This document shows positions 8,669 to 16,170 of a stretch of 16,934 nucleotides of DNA, in pieces. Both the position numbers and the translations under genes were made by a program. The number at the start of each line of letters is the position of its first letter. Position 1 is the stretch's first letter. Origin of the DNA: Saprospiraceae bacterium (GTDB lineage Bacteria > Bacteroidota > Bacteroidia > Chitinophagales > Saprospiraceae); NCBI GenBank assembly GCA_013002995.1, contig JABDLO010000298.1, positions 1-16,934 of the forward strand, given 5' to 3'. The notes under the pieces were generated by a model. The model saw only the letters and a list, made by a program, of their open reading frames with translations, searched no databases and was not told where the DNA came from.

Positions 8669-8988
8669 TTTTATAAAGTTTAAATGGTTAAATAATCATA
8701 TTAAAAGGAGAGCCATCCCACACATTCATCAATTCTGAAATGGACATTTCCTTAAGTGAGAGTTGACCATACTGTGATATCACAAGGTATTTTCCTTTAG
8801 AAAATAGCATGTGAACCAGAGTTACAGTTTCATCTCACAGCATCCGGAAAAGCTCTGATTTCAAAACCGATTTTCAAAACAACCAGGAAAACGACATATG
8901 TCAATTTTCCATAATTGGATCGAAGTGAATATGGAGACCACATCTCCAGCTGGTAATCCTTTTAAAGAGGGATCAACTCTGAGGATTA

Positions 8989-9187
8989 ATAGATCAAAAA
9001 TCTATCGCGTTTACCCAATTCCGCCACAGACCGACAAGGTCTGGCAGGACTCGAACCTGCATAATCTGAATTCCAATGTTCTACCTACTGAACTACCATG
9101 TATTCCTACATAGGTGGGAATCGAACCCACGTCACCTGGAGAGCAAAGCCAGTCTATTTCCTGATCGTCAAACCCCAATTCAACTGA
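8989..9187 (-). ncRNA. Array of tRNA-derived modules in non-canonical (permuted or scrambled) order, consisting of T-arms, D-arms, an anticodon arm and acceptor-like hairpins
   Basis: Minus-strand reading: GTGGG-TTCGATT-CCCAC T-arm, then CTATGTA-GGAA-TACATGG hairpin, then TA-GTTC-AGTAGGTA-GAAC D-arm, then a TTGGA/ATTCAGA segment. This is followed by GCAGG-TTCGAGT-CCTGC T-arm, CAGACC-TTGTC-GGTCTG hairpin, a D-arm-like GCGG..GGGTAA..CGC, and an ATAGA-TTTTTGA-TCTAT anticodon arm. No canonical cloverleaf can be assembled. Confidence 0.45.
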
Positions 9188-9333
9188 ATGGATTACATGT
9201 GGCTATACAGAAACCAGCATCAGGGATCAAATAAATAAATCTGTCTGCTTCTTTCACCGCAATAGCGATATTTAAGTTACATGTCATGCTTTCACAACAT
9301 TGATTTAAGGATGATTTTCGCATCCTATTATTG

Positions 9334-9405
9334 GGAAGTAATGAGGATTCGAACCCCATTTTTCTCAATTCCATTAAGATGTTTTACCCTTTAAACTATT
9401 ACTTC
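9334..9405 (-). tRNA. tRNA-like gene with canonical cloverleaf but unusual identity: anticodon GGA with class I (4-nt variable loop) architecture and an AT-rich acceptor stem
   Basis: Minus-strand GAAGTAA-TA-GTTT-AAAGGGTA-AAAC-A-TCTTA-ATGGAAT-TGAGA-AAAA-TGGGG-TTCGAAT-CCTCA-TTACTTC-C. All four stems pair (7/4/5/5 bp, two G-U pairs). Conserved T8, A14, G18G19, A21, T33, R37, G53, TTC and C61 are present. No CCA is encoded. Its 5' end overlaps the last 2 codons and stop of the TPR gene. Confidence 0.5.
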
Positions 9406-9953
9406 TTTCCTTCAGTCATACCTGCTTCAATAGAAGATCCATTTGAATATTTGCTTTTCAATTTTTTCAGCTGCTTTTGTTTCTTCTTAACTCTATTGAT
9501 TTCAGCATCAATTTTATTAATCTGCTGAGTGTCATTAGTGATAAGCTTAGCCTGCTTTAAAAGCATTTTGGATGTTGATAGATTTCCTCTGTACTCATAT
9601 ACCATTGCAAGATGTTGACTCATGATAACTTGATCCATTCCTGGAATTTTCATTCCATGTTGTATCACTTTTTTAGCTTGTTTATATCGCCCCAACCATA
9701 TATACAAGAGTGACAAATACTTGTAAGCATCTCGATAATTCAGATCGCAAGCAATGGACTGATTATAACAATGCTTTGCTTTTCGATAATCTTTTAAGAG
9801 ATACATATGTATCTGTCCTAAAAGGCACCAACTCGGAGCATGTTCATTGTCATAACTTTGAGCATATTGTAAGTTTTCTATCATGCTTCCAAGATTGTAT
9901 GGATATTCATTTAAAGCCTTCAGGTAATACTGGTCTGCTTGACTTAATTCCAT
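9399..9953 (-). CDS. TPR-repeat protein with Lys-rich coiled-coil C-terminal tail (184 aa), hypothetical
   Basis: TPR-like helical hairpin sequence (AYKYLSLLYIWLGRYKQAKKVIQHG etc.). The C-terminal KKKQKQLKKLKSK tail is basic. No signal peptide. Confidence 0.6.
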   Translation of the reverse strand: MELSQADQYYLKALNEYPYNLGSMIENLQYAQSYDNEHAPSWCLLGQIHMYLLKDYRKAKHCYNQSIACDLNYRDAYKYLSLLYIWLGRYKQAKKVIQHGMKIPGMDQVIMSQHLAMVYEYRGNLSTSKMLLKQAKLITNDTQQINKIDAEINRVKKKQKQLKKLKSKYSNGSSIEAGMTEGKK

Positions 9954-10042
9954 GATAAATACATTTAAATAACAATAAATAATCTCTAATCTGAATAGTC
10001 TTTACTTTCAGATATCCTGTACTTAAACTTTTAAAATTTCAG

Positions 10043-10114
10043 ATGTCCCAAAAGGAATTGAACCCTTACTATGAAGATCAAAACTTCATGTGCTGACCAT
10101 TACACTACAGGACA
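10043..10114 (-). tRNA. tRNA-Gln (anticodon UUG)
   Basis: Minus-strand TGTCCTG-TA-GTGT-AATGGTCA-GCAC-A-TGAAG-TTTTGAT-CTTCA-TAGT-AAGGG-TTCAATT-CCTTT-TGGGACA-T. All stems pair. U1-A72 is typical for bacterial tRNA-Gln. CCA is not encoded. Confidence 0.85.
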
Positions 10115-10199
10115 GGTTCACGTTTTATAAGCATCAACCTATACTTTAATTCAACTTATTATGATGGGGTGCCGGCCTGCTTAGGCCTCAAAACAGAAA

Positions 10200-10226
10200 G
10201 GCACCTCCTTTATGCAAGGAGATGCC
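10200..10226. other. GC-rich hairpin (11-bp stem, 1 mismatch, loop TATGC) within an isolated GC-rich structured island at 10165..10280
   Basis: GGCACCTCCTT (10200-10210) pairs with AAGGAGATGCC (10216-10226). The 3' arm can alternatively pair with ATCTCCTTGC at 10266-10275. Confidence 0.4.
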
Positions 10227-10596
10227 AACAATAGTCTTTTAAGAATTTAGGACTAGCTGGGAATCTTATCTCCTTGCATGATACTTGAAATGGAAGGTCT
10301 CTGATGTGATGTTGATAAACATCTCAGGTTCTCCCACTTTTTAAAATTGCTATGTATCATACATTTAATTTTTGACAGTGCAAATGTATGCTAAATATTC
10401 TCAATATTCCAAATTAAATGTAAAATAAAATACTGAATATCAATGTGTTATGATAAGTTTAAGTATAGGGGAATCCGTTAGCATTTCTGCATTTAGATCA
10501 TCATTTAGTAATAGCCTGAATAACTGCATTTTATGATCTTCAATCTTGATTATATGTTCAATATTCTATTGTCATTAAAACTTTTAAATAATCGTA

Positions 10597-10631
10597 AAAA
10601 AAAAGCGTCTTGCATGTGCAGGACGCTTTTC
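10597..10631. terminator. Bidirectional rho-independent terminator, likely terminating the aldo/keto reductase transcript on the minus strand
   Basis: A9 run (10597-10605), then stem GCGTCTTGCA (10606-10615) paired with TGCAGGACGC (10618-10627), then TTTT. On the minus strand the stem is followed by a T9 run. Confidence 0.65.
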
Positions 10632-10839
10632 TATCATATATTTTGGATTATTACTTCAGCATATATAAATATGAATTGCACCCTGTGTAAAGGTTCTTTC
10701 CTTTCTATTGGTTAGCTGTTTGCTTCCTGGAAAAGAATTATTAATCGTTATGTGATAAATGCAATACATGATTGTAATATTAATACAAAGGTATATTAAA
10801 AAATTGAAATTGGTCTGATCGGCACATTGTAGAAATTCT

Positions 10840-11790
10840 TCAATTCCATTTAAGTTTCTTTCTTTCGTCCCAGTATTGTTGAGGAGGAATGGTGAATTCC
10901 TTCAAAGCTCCAATATCTTTTTCAGAAAGTTGGAAGGTTTCAGCCTTTAGGTTATCGATAAGATGAGCCTTGAGAGATGCACCACTTAATACGATAAATG
11001 ATGGAATACTATCTATACAATATCTTAATGCAATAGCATCTATTCCGACATCATACTTTTTAGCTAATTCACCTAGTTTATCATGGGCAGATTGATAGTG
11101 GTGGTATCTATTATTTGGAAAAACACGGCCATTGGCCAGTGCTTCTTTTATAACCAATCGTCTGTCATTCGAATCAAAATGATTGGATAGGGTGGCAATA
11201 CTTTGATCGAATATATTGTAGGTAACTTGAAATACATCAAATAGTAACTCCCCATTAACTTCTATGTCCAAAGATTTTTTGATTACTTCAATTTGATTTG
11301 CACCAGATGCTGTAAGCCCAATGAGCAATCCATGTTCATTTTTTAATTCCGCCAGACGATTTATGACGTCATCATTTTCTAAAACTCCGGTTTCAAATGT
11401 TGCAGAATGAATCTGATAAGAAGTAAGCAATGGAAGTAAGGATTTAGACTGTTTCCATTGTTCGTTCAGCTTTTCAAGACTGTGCTCTTTTACCTCATGA
11501 ACCTTGGCCTCCAGTTGAAAGTCTGCTGTGTATGTATAGCCCCACTTGGTAGCGATTTCGAGGTTTTTATCAGTTTTACCTCGACTCCATTCCATTAACA
11601 ACTGTTCTGCCATACCATAACCAGGAGCTGTATCAAAATACCTGATACCAAGATCATAAGCGGTATTGATCATTTCCATCCCCTCTCTTTTAAAAGTCTC
11701 CAAAGAAAAGCTGGACTTTTTATCCTTCCTGATATTGATATATTCAGGCCTACCTATAGCCGCCGTTCCTAATCCAATTTTTAATGCCAT
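10840..11790 (-). CDS. Aldo/keto reductase family oxidoreductase
   Basis: Starts MALKIGLGTAAIG and has the ...YFDTAPGYGMAEQLL... AKR signature region. 316 aa is a typical AKR length. Confidence 0.85.
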   Translation of the reverse strand: MALKIGLGTAAIGRPEYINIRKDKKSSFSLETFKREGMEMINTAYDLGIRYFDTAPGYGMAEQLLMEWSRGKTDKNLEIATKWGYTYTADFQLEAKVHEVKEHSLEKLNEQWKQSKSLLPLLTSYQIHSATFETGVLENDDVINRLAELKNEHGLLIGLTASGANQIEVIKKSLDIEVNGELLFDVFQVTYNIFDQSIATLSNHFDSNDRRLVIKEALANGRVFPNNRYHHYQSAHDKLGELAKKYDVGIDAIALRYCIDSIPSFIVLSGASLKAHLIDNLKAETFQLSEKDIGALKEFTIPPQQYWDERKKLKWN

Positions 11791-12063
11791 CCTTGGTGTA
11801 TAATATCGTACTTGTATTTAATAAAATTTGATGCTTACCTACCTGCTGTACGAAGCATTTGCTTCGTACTAATATCCTTACTTTATTTGAAGCCTGCCTA
11901 CCTTTGGCAGGTATTCACTTAAAACCAATATTATGAATGTTAAAATAATTTATCAACTCAACTCACCGCCTTAATTATCGCTGTTTGAAGTATTTACTTC
12001 AAACCAATATTTAGAAGAATTAATCCTAGTTAAAATATTATTTGTAACTCAACTCACCGCCTC
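11791..12063. repeat. Intergenic hairpin/direct-repeat array, including a duplicated copy of the 3' end of the opine dehydrogenase gene
   Basis: Perfect 10-bp hairpins GTACGAAGCA-TT-TGCTTCGTAC (11848-11869) and GTTTGAAGTA-TT-TACTTCAAAC (11983-12004), plus CCTGCC..GGCAGG (11893-11911). Direct repeats aaaccaatatt...gttaaaata.t.at..aactcaactcaccgcct occur at 11922-11972 and 12001-12063; the second overlaps the CDS stop. Confidence 0.6.
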
Positions 12064-13128
12064 TATAATCTCATCCTTCGTTAACCCCCCAAGTCCCAAT
12101 GTCGCAAGCGTCCGCGTTGCATTCTTATGATAATCAGTTTCAAGCAATACAGAAACCAATTTTATAATGGATGTCATTACCGGTGTTTCTACGCCAACAA
12201 CCTTGGCCATATCCTCCAATATGACCAGTCCATATCCCACATCTTCTGTGAAATACCGATTGTCAATTTGAGTCTGAGCATTGATTCCTTTAAAACCAGG
12301 GGCTCTGCTATAACCTGTTGTATAATTATTCTCGAGCATGTATTCCTGTAAATATCCCGTATCTGGTTCAGAAAGGATATCAAGACCATAGGCTGATGCA
12401 ATGGCCATCCGTTCTTTATCCACCGCTTCCATCAGCTTTCCTACAGCCGGTGTTACCCCTTCCTCGTAAAACAAAAAGTCTTCAGGAGACTCAATTCTTC
12501 CTACGTTGAGCAATGAAACCGCAGGGTGAATGACATTATTTCCATTCTGAAGCAGGGTATGCAATACATTTTTATAAAGTTGGTTGCCGGAATACACACT
12601 TTGAAAATCCTTGAAAGATTCCTCCGATTTGCTGGCAGGAAGGGAAGCAAAAAACACACCCTTCTTTAACCTGTGAAATATATGTACCTCTCCCGGTGAC
12701 ATGATTCTACAAGCATAGGGGAGAGTAGAAGTTTCAGAAACTACTATGGAAGTGTCTGAGTACTCCATTCCCAATTCTTTTTTAAAAACCAGGGCTCCAC
12801 CATTGGTACCTGGGCAGATGATAACATGCTGACCATTTTGCATTTCAGGTTTGTATGCTTGTGCAATTGCAGAATGTGCATATGATGGCCCGACTACATA
12901 AATCAACTCTGCATCACTGACAGCTCGTTTGATATCATGACCGGCATAGGAAATTTTACCGAATCCTTCCACTTCTCCTGAGCATTGAATTCCTCCGGCT
13001 TTCTGAATGGCTACAATGTTAATCGGAAATTTTTCAAAGTCAAAAATACGGACGTCATGCCCTTGTATGGCACATTCACCTGCTACAGCACACCCTCCAT
13101 TTCCGGATCCTAAAATGGCAATTTTCAT
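12049..13128 (-). CDS. Opine dehydrogenase family (NAD(P)H-dependent N-(1-carboxyalkyl)-amino acid dehydrogenase, CENDH-like)
   Basis: N-terminal Rossmann MKIAILGSGNGG with CPGTNGGALVF, NVLHTLL, YEEGVTPAVGKLMEAVDKERMAIASAYGL, DNRYFTEDVGYGLV and a C-terminal helical domain. This matches octopine/nopaline dehydrogenase-family enzymes, at the same 359-aa length as Arthrobacter CENDH. Confidence 0.8.
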   Translation of the reverse strand: MKIAILGSGNGGCAVAGECAIQGHDVRIFDFEKFPINIVAIQKAGGIQCSGEVEGFGKISYAGHDIKRAVSDAELIYVVGPSYAHSAIAQAYKPEMQNGQHVIICPGTNGGALVFKKELGMEYSDTSIVVSETSTLPYACRIMSPGEVHIFHRLKKGVFFASLPASKSEESFKDFQSVYSGNQLYKNVLHTLLQNGNNVIHPAVSLLNVGRIESPEDFLFYEEGVTPAVGKLMEAVDKERMAIASAYGLDILSEPDTGYLQEYMLENNYTTGYSRAPGFKGINAQTQIDNRYFTEDVGYGLVILEDMAKVVGVETPVMTSIIKLVSVLLETDYHKNATRTLATLGLGGLTKDEIIEAVS

Positions 13129-13147
13129 ATCCTAATGATTTTATAGT

Positions 13148-14179
13148 TTAGTTGTTGTTCTGAATACGTTCTTTAAGTAAGGCCCTCAATTTAGGGATGT
13201 TTTTTCGGTCTATTAGGTTAAATGCATGTACTTTGCATAGCTTATCTATCAATTCAATTCCCCCAATGGTATTCGCGGCAGGACCTGTAACTATTGTAGG
13301 GGTAATATTAAAACTTTTCATGATCCCCAACACGGCATATGGATCGGATGCACAAAGAACAGTTAAAACTACATTGTCTTTTATTGCTTCGATGGCGATG
13401 TCTCCATTATATGGCTCCATAGGTGAAGCTCCAATTTCAATGACAGCGACATCAGAATCCGTAGATGATATCATATTTAACATGTTGTCCAAGGCTTTCT
13501 TGTATTCATCCCTCTCACAGATGGTTGAAGGCAAGCCCGTATCAACAAAGTCGAAAATGAAATCTGCGCCTGCATCTTTTATGGAAAGAACATCTCTGTA
13601 TCTACCGGCACCTGATAATTTAGCCCCGGTGACAGTATAATTCATCATCTTCAGCTGATGAGCTACAATCCTGGCTGAGGTAGTTTTTCCTGCTGACATA
13701 GAACTACCTACGAATAATATCACAGGTGTAGTAAACTTTTTAGATTTAAACTTTTTAACATAATCAGCCATTGTTTTCTTATTGCCTGATTGGAATACAT
13801 GGCCCATGTATGAAATCTCAATCAATGGCGAGATATAACTTGAACGAGAGGTGAGTTTACCTAGAAGACCGGCACTTGTAAGCATATGCATGTTTTTATC
13901 TGCTCCCACCTCCTTCCAGGTTCCGGTTGCCTCAAGTGTTGCATGACGGATGCCAAGAGCACCTATAATGATGTCTCCTTCTAATAGAGACATCATCCTT
14001 CCACTGCGAATTTCAGCAGTATTAATTTTACCAGAAATTCTTTCAATCTTGCATACTACATAATCACCGGTTGCCCATTGATTATAAGGTAGATCTTTCA
14101 CATCAAAACCCTTTTCAAGATTTGAAATCCTGGTGACTGAAGTAAAAATATACCTTGTTAGATTTTCAGTCTTTTTCAT
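13148..14179 (-). CDS. P-loop containing protein, DUF1611-like (possibly DgcN-type N-acetyltransferase family)
   Basis: Walker-A-like VGSSMSAGKTTSARIVAHQL motif in the C-terminal half. The size (343 aa) and two-domain layout fit the DUF1611 family as I recall it; the family assignment is from memory. Confidence 0.4.
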   Translation of the reverse strand: MKKTENLTRYIFTSVTRISNLEKGFDVKDLPYNQWATGDYVVCKIERISGKINTAEIRSGRMMSLLEGDIIIGALGIRHATLEATGTWKEVGADKNMHMLTSAGLLGKLTSRSSYISPLIEISYMGHVFQSGNKKTMADYVKKFKSKKFTTPVILFVGSSMSAGKTTSARIVAHQLKMMNYTVTGAKLSGAGRYRDVLSIKDAGADFIFDFVDTGLPSTICERDEYKKALDNMLNMISSTDSDVAVIEIGASPMEPYNGDIAIEAIKDNVVLTVLCASDPYAVLGIMKSFNITPTIVTGPAANTIGGIELIDKLCKVHAFNLIDRKNIPKLRALLKERIQNNN

Positions 14180-15342
14180 GGTTCCTCTAGTAATAATAGT
14201 GATGTTAATAATGCTGTTCTTTCAATTAATGCATCGATATATATAAATTCATGTTGAGCATGAGCTCCATCGCCGGTAGTGCCAAGGCCATCCAAGGTTG
14301 CAGTAAACTGGCTGGTAGTATTTCCATCTGATCCCCCTCCGGCAGTACCTTCCTCCAATTCTAAACCAATAGATTTACCTACTTTTTTTGCTGCCATCCA
14401 AAGTTTTCGATTGCGGTGTGTTTTTTCCATTGGGGGCCTTCCAAATCGGCCTTCAACCACAACTGTAGTGTCACTGTTAATTGGTTTAAGATTGCGGATT
14501 TGATCTTCAATGACCTCTCCATCTTTCATTGTTAAGACCCGAACGTCTATAACAGCTTTAGCTTCCTGAGCAACGACATTGGGATTGGTTCCGCCTTCGA
14601 TCATACCTACATTGATTGTGATGCCTTTTTCCAGATCATTTAAAGAAAATAGCTTCTGTATCTGGTGTGAAAGCTCCAGGATAGCACTTGCACCTTTTCC
14701 CGGATCTAATCCGGCATGTGCTGATTTTCCCTGAATGGTAATGGTAAATCTGCCCAATCCCTTTCTTTCAGTTTTTAATTTCCCATCTAATCCCAAAGGA
14801 GGTTCCATGACATATGCCCTTTCCGAAATTTTTGAAAACCGCCTGATGGCTGTTGTAGAATCCCTGCTGCCTTTCTCTTCATCAGAATTTATTAGAATGA
14901 GAGGGGTAAAAGGAGGCGAAATATCATTATCGTGAAGATATTTTATGGAATAACAAATCTGTGTAAGGCCGGCTTTCATATCATACACTCCCGGACCACG
15001 AATCACTTGATCTTTTATGATATAAGGCATACTCTCCAGTGTGTTCATTGGCCACACAGTATCACAATGACCAATTAAAAGTTGATTAGGTAAGTGTTTC
15101 TTTCTGTCTTTAGGGTAAGCAATAATATATCCTCCACTTACTTCACCTTCTGCATATGAAACATGGTAGTCAAGATGTTGTAAGAAGGTAGAAATGTAAT
15201 CAAGAATTCTTTTAGTATGTACGCTGTCCTCTGTAGGGGATTCCATGTTTACCATGACTCTTAAAAAATCTAACATTTCAGATTTATAAGACTTTAATGA
15301 TGTCCATATTTTTCTTGATATGTCAGTGGTTATCCTGTTCAT
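14176..15342 (-). CDS. M20 family metallo-amidohydrolase (ArgE/DapE/CPG2-like deacylase or carboxypeptidase)
   Basis: HxD (LIGHCDTV), GPGVYDMKAG, NSDEEKGS (the catalytic/metal-binding Glu-Glu) and a C-terminal GGGSDG. Its stop overlaps the downstream start (ATGA). Confidence 0.85.
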   Translation of the reverse strand: MNRITTDISRKIWTSLKSYKSEMLDFLRVMVNMESPTEDSVHTKRILDYISTFLQHLDYHVSYAEGEVSGGYIIAYPKDRKKHLPNQLLIGHCDTVWPMNTLESMPYIIKDQVIRGPGVYDMKAGLTQICYSIKYLHDNDISPPFTPLILINSDEEKGSRDSTTAIRRFSKISERAYVMEPPLGLDGKLKTERKGLGRFTITIQGKSAHAGLDPGKGASAILELSHQIQKLFSLNDLEKGITINVGMIEGGTNPNVVAQEAKAVIDVRVLTMKDGEVIEDQIRNLKPINSDTTVVVEGRFGRPPMEKTHRNRKLWMAAKKVGKSIGLELEEGTAGGGSDGNTTSQFTATLDGLGTTGDGAHAQHEFIYIDALIERTALLTSLLLLEEP

Positions 15343-15974
15343 TTCCTTTTTTTGAAGGAGGGGAGGTCTCTGAAATCTTTAGGAAATGGGAATGCTTTTG
15401 TTTCTTTTATCTCTGCAAATCTTCCATATGCGATATATGCCAATAAAGGCATATTATATATTTTCCTGGCATGATCTGATTCTGATTCCACCAATGCTTC
15501 AGGCATGACACGAGCATGGATAATTTCGCCTGCAATGAGACTATATTTCCCAAATCCATCTATCACTTTCATGAGTTTGCATTCTAATAATAAGTAAGCA
15601 TTAGCAATACAGAGTGCGTCTATTTTTTCAGCATGAATGGTGGGCAGATGTGTGGTTATTTCATTGGATTGGGTTTTATCTCCACATCTTGGCAATGCGG
15701 CAAGGCTTGCAAGAACTACTTGATTTGGTTGAATGTAACTTACTGTAAAAATCTTTTCTCTTATAACATTGTGGTAGGTTGCATGATCAGGAGTGCACAC
15801 AAATCCAAAAAAATTGTCCTGTCCCAGAGGAGTAACCATATGCTTAGGTGCCATATTATAGTGATCATACTCCTTTGTTCCAACTACAACAAGTGGGGCA
15901 ACCGTATGGAAGTGATTCCATATTGGCTCATTTAAGTTGAGAGCAATCCATTCTCCATTTTTATCTATTTGCAT
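15339..15974 (-). CDS. Flavin reductase-like / FMN-binding split-barrel domain protein
   Basis: 211 aa. The HTVAPLVVVGT...NMAPKHMVTPL segment resembles the flavin reductase-like domain core. Its stop overlaps the M20 start by 4 bp, consistent with an operon. Confidence 0.5.
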   Translation of the reverse strand: MQIDKNGEWIALNLNEPIWNHFHTVAPLVVVGTKEYDHYNMAPKHMVTPLGQDNFFGFVCTPDHATYHNVIREKIFTVSYIQPNQVVLASLAALPRCGDKTQSNEITTHLPTIHAEKIDALCIANAYLLLECKLMKVIDGFGKYSLIAGEIIHARVMPEALVESESDHARKIYNMPLLAYIAYGRFAEIKETKAFPFPKDFRDLPSFKKRK

Positions 15975-16091
15975 TGGTATTCTGGCTTATGTGGAGAATG
16001 TATGGGCTAAATACCTTTCAGATCATGATTTCAATCACGATTTTTTCTGATGATTATCAATAGAAGTTGAAACTGCACCTATGGCTTTGTA

Positions 16092-16136
16092 TAAATAAAA
16101 ACCCGCACAAGCGTTCTGAAAGATGCATGTGCGGGT
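16092..16136 (-). terminator. Rho-independent terminator downstream of katG (minus strand)
   Basis: Stem ACCCGCACA (16101-16109) pairs with TGTGCGGGT (16128-16136), with an 18-nt loop. On the minus strand it is followed by TTTTATTTA (the plus-strand A-run at 16092-16100). Confidence 0.55.
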
Positions 16137-16170
16137 GTAGCATATTGATCTCTAAGCCTACTGCTTAGTG

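Noticed and set aside
8898-9113. 71-aa ORF (+) in the SPFH-tRNA intergenic region
   Set aside because: It overlaps the tRNA-derived modules on the opposite strand and has no start context or coding-like composition. It is an artefact of tRNA-like sequence.
9180-9528. 64/65-aa ORFs (9180..9374 -, 9331..9528 +)
   Set aside because: They overlap the tRNA-like gene and the TPR CDS, and their sequences are low-complexity. They are not credible.
10214-10222. AAGGAGA looked like a Shine-Dalgarno sequence sequestered by alternative hairpins (riboswitch-style)
   Set aside because: No ORF follows it, and Bacteroidota generally do not use SD-dependent initiation. The pairing was kept only as a structural RNA candidate.
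10533-10715. 60-aa ORF (+) spanning the terminator hairpin
   Set aside because: It contains the A9/T-run terminator within it and has low-complexity sequence. It is non-coding.
11791-12063. Considered a CRISPR array because of repeated hairpins and direct repeats
   Set aside because: The repeats are only two to three copies, differ in sequence and spacing, and overlap a CDS end. There are no spacer-like unique segments of regular length and no cas genes.
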